A stretch of DNA of 64,000 nt from a virus. Its lineage: Duplodnaviria; Caudoviricetes. Every line of letters begins with the position of its first letter. The first letter of the stretch is position 1. Location of the stretch: positions 1-64,000 of the IMG/VR virus record IMGVR_UViG_3300037313_000574. The stretch is one strand, 5' to 3'. Positions 18,167 through 26,111 of the stretch are shown in pieces. Position numbers and translations under genes: made by a program. The notes under the pieces were generated by a model that ran no database searches, was not told where the DNA came from, and was given only the letters and a program-made list of their open reading frames with translations.

Positions 18167-18468
18167 CGGCTTGCACAAAAGTTGTACCGCTGTCCGGATG
18201 CTTGGCTATTCCGATGGTTGTGTTTGAGGACGAGCGGTATCAATTGCTCAGGCGATCGGAAAAACTTCTGCTGCTGGAGTTGTACGTGCAGTTCTTCGAT
18301 ACCATGCTGTTCACTGCAGAATTTCCGGATTCGGTCAGGAGCGTGCAATTGGCGAGATTAAAGCGACTCACGGAGATCGGCTTCCTGGTGGTGGACCATG
18401 AAATCAAGGCCCGGCGTGGTTACGGCCGGCGCGTATTCCGGTTCGCCTATGCGGCCGAAACGGATTGA
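18163..18468 (+). CDS. hypothetical winged-helix-like protein
   Basis: ATGA-coupled; LKRLTEIGFLVV. Confidence 0.6.
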   Translation: MTACTKVVPLSGCLAIPMVVFEDERYQLLRRSEKLLLLELYVQFFDTMLFTAEFPDSVRSVQLARLKRLTEIGFLVVDHEIKARRGYGRRVFRFAYAAETD

Positions 18469-18540
18469 ATCAAGAATTTAACGCAGGACTGGCCAGGCTG
18501 CACCAGACAAAGCAGCCACAAAACCAAGGGAATCAAAATC

Positions 18541-18921
18541 ATGAAAAAACAACTTTATTTCGTAGTGTCTGCAATCCTGATGGCTTTTGCACTGGCCGGC
18601 TGCGGCAGCAAATCGGCAGAAGAAAAGATTCAAGCGCAAATCAAGGATAAGGTGCATGCCTTGACCGCCGATGAACGTCCGCGCGCAGTTGCCAATGCCA
18701 AGTCTTACTTTGAAAAGGAATTCCCGGTCATCGTCAATGGCCAGCGCGGAACCGATCGCGGCGTGTTCCTCGAATGCCGACCCTCGGACAGCAACTTCAA
18801 CGGCTTGGTGACATGCAAGGGTCAGGTTCCCCAGCTGCAGGGTGGATTCAGGGAGGTGACACGCTATTGCGGCTACACGCCGGAACTCGTGGGATGTTCT
18901 GACGAGGACACGGTGAAATGA
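18541..18921 (+). CDS. lipoprotein
   Basis: Signal peptide with lipobox LAGC; four further Cys. Confidence 0.8.
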   Translation: MKKQLYFVVSAILMAFALAGCGSKSAEEKIQAQIKDKVHALTADERPRAVANAKSYFEKEFPVIVNGQRGTDRGVFLECRPSDSNFNGLVTCKGQVPQLQGGFREVTRYCGYTPELVGCSDEDTVK

Positions 18922-19016
18922 CGGTCCTGAACATCCTGATCGGTGTCGGGGTGTTCGCTCTGCTGGCGGTCAGCTTCATTGCCGGCCGCCGCTTTGAGCG
19001 AACTTTTTGCAAATAG
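18918..19016 (+). CDS. 32-aa membrane peptide
   Basis: MTVLNILIGVGVFALLAVSFIAGRRFERTFCK, coupled to the lipoprotein gene. Confidence 0.5.
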   Translation: MTVLNILIGVGVFALLAVSFIAGRRFERTFCK

Positions 19017-19031
19017 CAGATAGAGGCAGCC

Positions 19032-19241
19032 ATGAAATTTTCACTCAAATTGGCAGCGCTGGCCTTGAGTGGCCTGATCGCCGGCGCTGTACAGCCGTTC
19101 ACCTTGAACACGCATAACTGCATTGCCCCAGGCGGACGAAAGACCGGCCCGTTGACTCGGGAAGACCGGCGCGCGCTGGAGCGAGCCCAGCAAAAGCGCG
19201 AGCGCAAGGCAGCCAAGCGCCGCCGGGACATGGGCTTATAA
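19032..19241 (+). CDS. small hypothetical protein
   Basis: GAGG RBS; hydrophobic N-term and basic C-term. Confidence 0.55.
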   Translation: MKFSLKLAALALSGLIAGAVQPFTLNTHNCIAPGGRKTGPLTREDRRALERAQQKRERKAAKRRRDMGL

Positions 19242-19286
19242 CTTTTAACTACCCGGCCTTCGGGCCGACTCTTTTGGAGAACCCGC

Positions 19287-20342
19287 ATGAGCAATGAACA
19301 AGCCGCCGTCATGCAGCAGGACGTTATTGCGAAGATCGACGCATTGCTCGACGAAGCGCAGGAATATAACAAGTACGGTGGCAGCGAGGATGCTGATGGC
19401 GGGCTTAATCCTGGCGTTGTCGATTGGGAGACGTTGCGCGCAGATATTCTGAGCGCGCTGCAATCCGCATTTGCGCCAGCAGTCGCACCAACTCAATTAG
19501 CCGAGCCGATGACCAAATCCATGCAAGTCTTAATGGCAAGGCTTGCCAACCTGCTGGACGAGGATCAGTTTTCCGAGTGCGAACGGATCGTGACCGGGGC
19601 GGGAGCCGTGCAGCCTGTCAGCAGCAAAGTAGATTATGGGGCAACCATTACCCTTCCTTATTGTGAGGAATGCTGCAGGTTTGGTGGTGGGCACTGGAAT
19701 TTTTGCAGTAAGGTGAAAGCCAGCAGCGCTGCACCGGCACAGTTCACACTATGCGCCCCATTTCTCGAAATGGATCAGCCGTGGACCGAGGAAACGAAAG
19801 CTGAGTTCGATGCTGCGCTTAGTGCCTATGAAACCACTTCTGCACCGGCACAGCCACAAGAGCCGCTGTATAGGAAAGTGAAAAAGCCTTACTGCTACTG
19901 CTACCCAGCCGACCCATTGACAGGGAAAGGGCTGAGATACTGGCCTGTGGAAATCAATCCGGGCAGAACACCGCCAGAAGGGTGGAGCCACATCGTCTAC
20001 ACAGAAATGTATGAACCTGTTGAATCTTCCCCTATCGCCCAGTCAGTCGCCCAGCCGGATGATGTGATCGAAGCCATGCGCGACGGCATACCGCTAACAG
20101 AGCCAGTCCATATCGCTAAAGCTTTGCTGGCCCATTGTGAAGCAAGGGCGGTGCTCGCCGGCGGGACGGGGCCACTCGCCTGCGTAATGCTGGTGAATAT
20201 CCAGATGACGCCTTGGATTCTCAACGAGGAGACAGCCAAAGCCTTTGCCCAAGGCTACAACAAAGCGCTGAAACAGCTTCGCGCCGCGCTGCTGGATTTT
20301 GCCACCAAAGGGAAGACCGCACCAGAAGCGGCGAAAAGCTGA
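19287..20342 (+). CDS. mosaic hypothetical protein with Ala/Pro/Gln linkers
   Basis: 351 aa; modules separated by APAVAPTQ, SSAAPAQ and TSAPAQPQ. Confidence 0.7.
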   Translation: MSNEQAAVMQQDVIAKIDALLDEAQEYNKYGGSEDADGGLNPGVVDWETLRADILSALQSAFAPAVAPTQLAEPMTKSMQVLMARLANLLDEDQFSECERIVTGAGAVQPVSSKVDYGATITLPYCEECCRFGGGHWNFCSKVKASSAAPAQFTLCAPFLEMDQPWTEETKAEFDAALSAYETTSAPAQPQEPLYRKVKKPYCYCYPADPLTGKGLRYWPVEINPGRTPPEGWSHIVYTEMYEPVESSPIAQSVAQPDDVIEAMRDGIPLTEPVHIAKALLAHCEARAVLAGGTGPLACVMLVNIQMTPWILNEETAKAFAQGYNKALKQLRAALLDFATKGKTAPEAAKS

Positions 20343-20449
20343 CGTCGGTAATACCGATGGCAGGTCGAAGCGCGCCGGAGGCAGACGCATTACCAAGCAA
20401 TAAATAGTAGTCCCCGGCAGTATTTATCCACCAACCAGAAGGAAAGACA

Positions 20450-20797
20450 ATGAGCACTGAACAAATCACCAACGACGAAATCAATGGTCACGACAGCGCG
20501 GACCTGATCGCGGTAGCACCGGCCAGCGGCGACCAGCAGCCGGAATTGCAGGCGGCGGATCCTGATGCGCGGCAGATCGCCAACCTAGCAGCCGTGGCGC
20601 AGATGGCCGATGACTTCGCCAAGAAGGTCAAGGAAACTCGCGCGCAGGCATTCATGGCCATTATCCTGACAGCAGACGGCCAGCTTGCCACGATGGAAAC
20701 GCACCCGCGCGGCTCGGTGGCACCGTTCGATGACATCGATGCCCTGCTGGACAGCAAATGCACGCCGGCGGACAGCGCCGCGCCGACGGAGCATTGA
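20450..20797 (+). CDS. hypothetical protein
   Basis: GAAGGA RBS; 115 aa. Confidence 0.65.
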   Translation: MSTEQITNDEINGHDSADLIAVAPASGDQQPELQAADPDARQIANLAAVAQMADDFAKKVKETRAQAFMAIILTADGQLATMETHPRGSVAPFDDIDALLDSKCTPADSAAPTEH

Positions 20798-21081
20798 TGC
20801 GCGCTCCCTGGCTGCAGTCGCTGCACCTGGCCGCCCTGCTATCAGGCGGGGTGGCTTCCTGGCTGGTGCAAGCGCTCATCTTCATTTCCGGTGCTGCGGC
20901 GATCTGGATGACGCAATCGGATAGCGCGGTGCTGCGCCAGTGGGCGCCGGTTATTGGTCTGGCTGGCCAGCCGTTCTGGCTGTACACGACCATCAAGGCC
21001 CAGCAGTTCGGCATGACGTTGCTGACCCTGATCTATACGGCAGCCTGGATCAAGGGCGTGTTTGCGTTGCTGGCAGGGTGA
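20797..21081 (+). CDS. small membrane protein
   Basis: Three hydrophobic segments; GLAGQPFWLY. Confidence 0.7.
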   Translation: MRAPWLQSLHLAALLSGGVASWLVQALIFISGAAAIWMTQSDSAVLRQWAPVIGLAGQPFWLYTTIKAQQFGMTLLTLIYTAAWIKGVFALLAG

Positions 21082-21084
21082 GCG

Positions 21085-21588
21085 GTGACAAAGGCGGCAC
21101 GATGGAGCCCGGCGCAGCTTGCCAACTTCGAGGCGAAGAAGGCAGCCGTCGCCGCGCTGCGCAGTAGCGCCGCCGCCCAATTAGCCGAGCAGAAGGCCAA
21201 GCGGCACGCAGACCCCGCCATCAATGACCAGCTGCGGGAAAGCGCCATTCAGTGCGCGTTCATCGACTGGGTGCATGCGCAAGAGGTGCTGGACTGGCGC
21301 CTGCGCCTGCTGTTCGCCGTTCCCAATGGCGGCAAGCGCGGTATCAAGACGGCGATCACGATGAAGGCCGAGGGCCAGCGCGCCGGGGTGTGCGACATCC
21401 TGCTGCCCTACCCTGCCGGCGGCTTCGCTGGGCTTGCCATGGAGTTCAAGAGCAAGGACGGCACGACCAGCGACGCGCAGGACCAGTACATGGAAGATCT
21501 GCAGCGGGCAGGCTGGCGCGTCGAGGTAGTGCGATCGACCTTGGGCGCAATTGAGATCGTTAAAGAATACCTGGCGGCGGATACATGA
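21085..21588 (+). CDS. VRR-NUC domain nuclease (resolvase-like)
   Basis: LLFAVPNGGKR..MKAEGQRAGVCDI..LAMEFKSKDGTTSDAQ. Confidence 0.9.
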   Translation: MTKAARWSPAQLANFEAKKAAVAALRSSAAAQLAEQKAKRHADPAINDQLRESAIQCAFIDWVHAQEVLDWRLRLLFAVPNGGKRGIKTAITMKAEGQRAGVCDILLPYPAGGFAGLAMEFKSKDGTTSDAQDQYMEDLQRAGWRVEVVRSTLGAIEIVKEYLAADT

Positions 21589-21659
21589 AAAATTGCCGGG
21601 GTGATGCAAAAGTCTCCATTAGTATGCAAAAAACCAATCGCACAGGGGCGATTTAAAAA

Positions 21660-22214
21660 ATGGCAATTTTTAAAACGTCAGGCCAGGCTATCCATTTTTC
21701 GTATGTCATCCAGGCATACGACGCATCCCCGCAATCGCAGATGGCCATCATTATGCGCAACGGCGTGCGGCAGATGGACCGCAGTGACGCCAGCAGCGGC
21801 CCAAAAATCAATTTCGGTGGCCTGACCCCGCTGGAGGTACGCGGCCAGTGCGCCATGATCCGCGCATGCGTGCAGGATCACCTGCAGCCCAGGGAGGCAT
21901 GGGCACTGGAGGCACGCTATTCCCGCGACCGCGACACCAAACGCTTCGCCATCCGCGAGCTGGCCAATTACTACGGCCCGGTGCTGGGTATCAGCGCCGA
22001 CCTGGTGCTGGCCCTGATGTGGCGCCAGCATGTGGAAAAAAGCCGGCAAAAGGATTTTTCGCTGCGGGCGATCGCCAGTGACTATTCGGTGCCCTACTCC
22101 ACCGTGCAGCGCGCCGCCAAGGCGCTGGATGAACACTTGCACGCGCTGGAAGGCATGGCGCTGTCGAATCTACATGGCCGGTTCGTTGAGGCTGGCGTGA
22201 TCGAGCAGGGGTGA
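21660..22214 (+). CDS. Q-like late transcription regulator/antiterminator
   Basis: C-terminal HTH FSLRAIASDYSVPYSTVQRA; lies after VRR-NUC and upstream of pR'/tR'. Confidence 0.65.
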   Translation: MAIFKTSGQAIHFSYVIQAYDASPQSQMAIIMRNGVRQMDRSDASSGPKINFGGLTPLEVRGQCAMIRACVQDHLQPREAWALEARYSRDRDTKRFAIRELANYYGPVLGISADLVLALMWRQHVEKSRQKDFSLRAIASDYSVPYSTVQRAAKALDEHLHALEGMALSNLHGRFVEAGVIEQG

Positions 22215-22216
22215 GT

Positions 22217-22558
22217 ATGAAAAAAGAATTGCTAGAGCTGGCTGCAAAGGCGGCCGGAATCGTGATCGTCAAGCACCCTACTGGAGGCTTCGAGCATAGT
22301 GATAGCGGATACCTGACAATTCAAACACCTGGCTATCGCGGTCTGAAAGGCTGGAACCCACTCACCGATGACGGCGACGCGCTGCGGCTGGCTGCAACGC
22401 TTCTGATCAATGTGAACCAAGATGGCAACATCGTTGAGGCTTATGGCGCGTCACGGGGGCGGGACCACTTCTGCACAGAGCAAGCGTCCCCCGATAGGCT
22501 GGCCGCCACCCGTCGCGCTATCGTTCGAGCGGCCGCAGAGATTGGTAAAAGCAAATAA
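22217..22558 (+). CDS. phage NinX-like hypothetical protein
   Basis: ELLELAAKAAG...WNPLTDDGDALRLA...ATRRAIVRAAAEIG. Confidence 0.75.
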   Translation: MKKELLELAAKAAGIVIVKHPTGGFEHSDSGYLTIQTPGYRGLKGWNPLTDDGDALRLAATLLINVNQDGNIVEAYGASRGRDHFCTEQASPDRLAATRRAIVRAAAEIGKSK

Positions 22559-22563
22559 GGAGC

Positions 22564-22980
22564 ATGATGGACCATTTCGGCATCGGCGCAGCAATGCGTG
22601 GCATCACACAAATCTACATCCAGTCGGCGCGCAGGACCGGCCGCACCACATCACTGGTGGAAAGCGTTAAGAACGGCGACCGCATCATTTTCGTTGACAA
22701 CAACGAAGCGGAACGCGTGAAGCGCCTATGTTTGGAACGTGGCGTGAAGGTGGAATGCATTGTTATTGACCCGAAGAAGCCTGGGGATGTGTTCAAGCGC
22801 GGAACGCCGGAGGGGCGCACGCTGTTCGATCATTCATGGGTTGAGCAATACTACGTGAACGCCATTGAGTTTGCCAAGAATGATATTGACCGCCTTCAGC
22901 AGCAGACATCCTGCTATGGCGAGGCGCACCGCGAAACACGCCGGCGCGCAGAAGAAGAATTAGCGAAGTGGAATATATGA
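22564..22980 (+). CDS. hypothetical protein with degenerate P-loop (ARRTGRTT)
   Basis: AAGGAG RBS; Walker-A-like motif lacking the Lys. Confidence 0.7.
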   Translation: MMDHFGIGAAMRGITQIYIQSARRTGRTTSLVESVKNGDRIIFVDNNEAERVKRLCLERGVKVECIVIDPKKPGDVFKRGTPEGRTLFDHSWVEQYYVNAIEFAKNDIDRLQQQTSCYGEAHRETRRRAEEELAKWNI

Positions 22981-23243
22981 AGGAGTCTATTGTGCGCGAG
23001 TACCATCTTGACGATGCTGCGGCCCTGCTCGACGCTGAACTGCCGGATTGGGCCTGGGAGTTCGCCAGGATTCGGAACCCGCGACACATGAGCCACCCGA
23101 TGGGGGAAGGTGTATGTCTGACACTGATCAGCCAGGACGGCAAGCTGCGCGTGTTTGAAAAGCATGGCTCATCAGCACTTGAGTCTGCCAGAAAGGCAAT
23201 TCCGCGCGCTCGCGCTCGCATGGCTGGGGATAGTGGCGCATGA
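22977..23243 (+). CDS. hypothetical protein
   Basis: Coupled ORF. Confidence 0.55.
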   Translation: MKESIVREYHLDDAAALLDAELPDWAWEFARIRNPRHMSHPMGEGVCLTLISQDGKLRVFEKHGSSALESARKAIPRARARMAGDSGA

Positions 23244-23575
23244 ATATCAATTACAAGGTCGACACCAATATCCTGGAAAATGGCGACATTGAGCAAATCA
23301 CATCAATGCAAGCGCTCATTAACGACAAGGCGGAAATAATCACTCGCCAGTTGGTCCATATGCGGGATGCTGGTGTGCGCGATGCGCTGATCCAGCTGGG
23401 ATGGGCGCCGCCGGAAGTCGCCAGTGATATCGAGCACCTGCGTAAGCGTGTTGCCGATCTCGAAGGCGGATTGCGCTACGCAATCAAGGAAGCGGACGAC
23501 TGGTATGACTATGGCAATGGCGGCAAGATTAAAACCGCAGAAATGGACTCCGCTCGTAAGCTTGTTGAGTGGTAA
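23240..23575 (+). CDS. hypothetical protein
   Basis: Coupled ORF ending just before pR'. Confidence 0.65.
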   Translation: MNINYKVDTNILENGDIEQITSMQALINDKAEIITRQLVHMRDAGVRDALIQLGWAPPEVASDIEHLRKRVADLEGGLRYAIKEADDWYDYGNGGKIKTAEMDSARKLVEW

Positions 23576-23605
23576 GGGCGCGTTGCAACACCACCGGAAA
23601 ATAAT

Positions 23606-23634
23606 TTGCACCCCTGAATCAGAATGTGCATAAT
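23606..23634 (+). promoter_or_regulatory. pR'-like late promoter
   Basis: TTGCAC (23606-11), 17 nt, CATAAT (23629-34), followed about 45 nt later by a terminator. Confidence 0.75.
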
Positions 23635-23678
23635 TTTCCCATCCTAGCAGTTCTGCCCCCGTAAGAATTGCACAGGCG

Positions 23679-23702
23679 GCCCGCTCATAAGGCGGGCTTT
23701 TA
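23679..23702 (+). terminator. tR'-like intrinsic terminator
   Basis: GCCCGC-N7-GCGGGC followed by TTTT. Confidence 0.8.
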
Positions 23703-23704
23703 AT

Positions 23705-24075
23705 TTCCGCGCCAAGCCTAGAACACCGGGGGTTCTCGGCAGTGCTGGCACGACAGTGCGATGCTTAAACAGGCGCGGTCCATCTGATAGGTCGGGCTTA
23801 CGCCGGATGTGGCAATGTTGCAGGCGGTAGCTTGGGGCTGGCAATCCCTTAATCGAGTCAATTAGCCTTATACGATACGCGCAAGATACAGCGGCGAGTG
23901 AACCTAGGCTCGCTCAGCTTCAGTGAGCGCCGAATAGCAGACGTACAGCCTAACGTCGCCGGACGCTGTAACCGGCACAATTTCTGGAGATCAGCTATGG
24001 GCGGCGACGCAAGCATTGAAGGCTGGGATTTGTGACTGACGCCGAATACTGGCGCAGGATCGGGCCAATACCAAA
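23705..24075 (+). ncRNA. putative structured late-leader RNA
   Basis: No plausible CDS; many inverted repeats (see findings). Confidence 0.35.
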
Positions 24076-24083
24076 GGTGACAC

Positions 24084-24290
24084 ATGCTTGATGCAGAAGA
24101 AGCGCGGCTGACCGAGTTCGGTACGGTAACGATTCGCCCAGACGGAATTGTCGTTGAAGGATTCAGCGCTGAAAATGGCACATGCCGCGATGTTGCTGCG
24201 CTCGCCACTCTATGGGCGATCGGGAGGCTGCAAGAAGAACTGATGAAAACGCTTGAGCGACCGGGTGGCGGCAATATCTGCGTTGGGTAG
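24084..24290 (+). CDS. small hypothetical protein
   Basis: AAAGGTG RBS; 68 aa. Confidence 0.6.
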   Translation: MLDAEEARLTEFGTVTIRPDGIVVEGFSAENGTCRDVAALATLWAIGRLQEELMKTLERPGGGNICVG

Positions 24291-24388
24291 ATTGAGTCGA
24301 TTCCGAAGATGTGATTTGTGGGGCGCAAGACTGCAAGACAAAACCCCTATTCCGGCCCGCAAGGGTGCTTTTAACTTATAGGTGAAAT

Positions 24389-24649
24389 ATGTCTGTAGTC
24401 GCAAAAATGCAGTGCCACATGAATGAATCCCGCCCACAGAGTGATCCGGAGCAGCCGCATCTGTCACAAATCCGCTTGGGTGGTGTATGGGAAGGGTCAA
24501 CCGAAAAGCAGCGGGCAAGTGAGAATGCGATTTTCGGCCATTGGACGCCGAGTGCATCCGTAGATATGAGTATCCGTAACCCGGAAGCGGCGGATTTTTT
24601 CAAGCCCGGCAAGAAGTATTACGTGACCTTCACCGAAGCGCCTGATTAA
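24389..24649 (+). CDS. conserved small phage protein (TPSA..MSIRNPEAADFFKPGKKYYVTF)
   Basis: Motif pattern recurrent in phage late accessory regions. Confidence 0.75.
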   Translation: MSVVAKMQCHMNESRPQSDPEQPHLSQIRLGGVWEGSTEKQRASENAIFGHWTPSASVDMSIRNPEAADFFKPGKKYYVTFTEAPD

Positions 24650-24791
24650 TTAATAAGAAGGCGGCGCCGGCCGCTATCAACAATCAAAGCCCGATACGGT
24701 TAATCCCGGTCGGGCTATTTCGTTTGGCCGATCGTATCGGCACGGCGGCCATCGCAGCAATGCGCTTGGCCGTTATTTATTTGAGGACGCA

Positions 24792-25223
24792 ATGACGGTT
24801 ATCGCATGGGATGGCAAGACGCTTGCGGCCGACAAACAGAGCACCAACGAAGGTCATGCGCGCACAGTGACGAAGATCCACCAGGTGCCCGGCGGCATTT
24901 TGGGATTGACTGGCGACGCGCCGGCAGCCATGGCTTTGCTTGATTGGTGTGCCGGCGGGCGGGATGCGGACAAGTGGCCGAAAGCCATGCCTAACCTTGT
25001 CTGTCATGCCATTTTCATCGACCGCGAGCGCAAGATTCACCTGTATTCCAGTGACGCAGGACCGTATCCGGAAATCCTGGAGGATAAGTTTTACGCTGCC
25101 GGCCATGGGCGAGACTTCGCGCTGGCTGCAATGTACTTAGGTAAGGATGCCGCAGATGCCGTGAAGGTTGCCTGCGCCCTGGATAAGTTTTGCGGAATGG
25201 GCGTGGATACGCTGGCGCCATAA
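24792..25223 (+). CDS. Ntn-hydrolase / proteasome-beta (HslV)-like protein
   Basis: N-terminal M-T-VIAWDGKTLAAD (Thr nucleophile), TKI, AAGHGRDFALAAM, AVKVACALD..CG. Confidence 0.75.
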   Translation: MTVIAWDGKTLAADKQSTNEGHARTVTKIHQVPGGILGLTGDAPAAMALLDWCAGGRDADKWPKAMPNLVCHAIFIDRERKIHLYSSDAGPYPEILEDKFYAAGHGRDFALAAMYLGKDAADAVKVACALDKFCGMGVDTLAP

Positions 25224-25295
25224 AAACCGGGATCGCCACAGCGGCGCTCGCGCGCTCCCCGCGGACAAGGATTCTCAACCCGAAAGGAGGTGATC

Positions 25296-25388
25296 GTGCA
25301 TCTGATAACGATTTGGCTACTCTTGTTCGGGAGAGCACTGAGAAAGCCTGACCGTCCGAAAGTTTCAAGGAATTGGCCCTACCGATAA
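25296..25388 (+). CDS. 30-aa peptide with a full-length Shine-Dalgarno (possible type I toxin-like)
   Basis: AAAGGAGGTGATC immediately before GTG; MHLITIWLLLFGRALRKPDRPKVSRNWPYR; followed by a terminator. Confidence 0.55.
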   Translation: MHLITIWLLLFGRALRKPDRPKVSRNWPYR

Positions 25389-25413
25389 CCAGGTAAGGCA
25401 GTAAGGCGGGTTT

Positions 25414-25446
25414 GCCCTGCAGCGGAAGCGTTGCGGGGCTTTTTTT
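25414..25446 (+). terminator. intrinsic terminator
   Basis: GCCCTGCAGCG-GAAG-CGTTGCGGGGC followed by a T-run. Confidence 0.8.
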
Positions 25447-25490
25447 ATGGTGCAGCGGACACCGGGCATCATACGAAAAGGTAATTAATC

Positions 25491-26111
25491 ATGGCGAAGA
25501 AGAAAGAGGTCAACTGGACAGCGCTCGAAATTGACTACCGCGCGGGCGTTAAATCGTTGCGCATACTTGCATCGGAATATGGGATATCAACTGCCCGCAT
25601 CGGGCAAGTCGCAGAGGACCGAGGCTGGACGCGCGACATATCCGCGAAGATCAAAGCACAGGCGCAAGCCAGACTGGACAGAGCCGCACTGGACAGCGGA
25701 CTGGACACGGAAAAGAAGATTACCGAAAAACAGGTAATCGACGCCAATGCGCAGATCCAGACCGACATCATCCTGTCGCATCGCACCGATGTAACCCGCA
25801 CCCGCAAGCTCACGATGATCCTGCTGGAAGAAGCGGAGATCGCCACAGGGAATAACGAGTTGCTGCGCGACTTGGCCAATCTGATGTACTTGCCGGACAA
25901 GAATGGCGTGGACAAGCTCAACGAGGCATATCAAAAGGTTATCTCCATGCCTGGCCGCGTGGACGCAGTGAAGAAGTTGGCCGAAACGCTGAAAACCCTG
26001 ATCGCCCTGGAGCGTCAGGCATTCGGAATGGACGACACCGACCGCGGCGCCGGCGGCCCCGAAGAATTCTTGAAGCGCCTGGCGGCATCCGGCCATGTCG
26101 ATCTCAGCTGA
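25491..26111 (+). CDS. terminase small subunit
   Basis: N-term VNWTALEIDYRAGVKSLRILASEYGIS HTH; IALERQAFG; precedes terL. Confidence 0.85.
   Translation: MAKKKEVNWTALEIDYRAGVKSLRILASEYGISTARIGQVAEDRGWTRDISAKIKAQAQARLDRAALDSGLDTEKKITEKQVIDANAQIQTDIILSHRTDVTRTRKLTMILLEEAEIATGNNELLRDLANLMYLPDKNGVDKLNEAYQKVISMPGRVDAVKKLAETLKTLIALERQAFGMDDTDRGAGGPEEFLKRLAASGHVDLS

Noticed and set aside
23640-25490. tRNA genes in the late leader
   Set aside because: Hairpins are present, but I found no TTC-GA T-loop with acceptor stem and CCA geometry.
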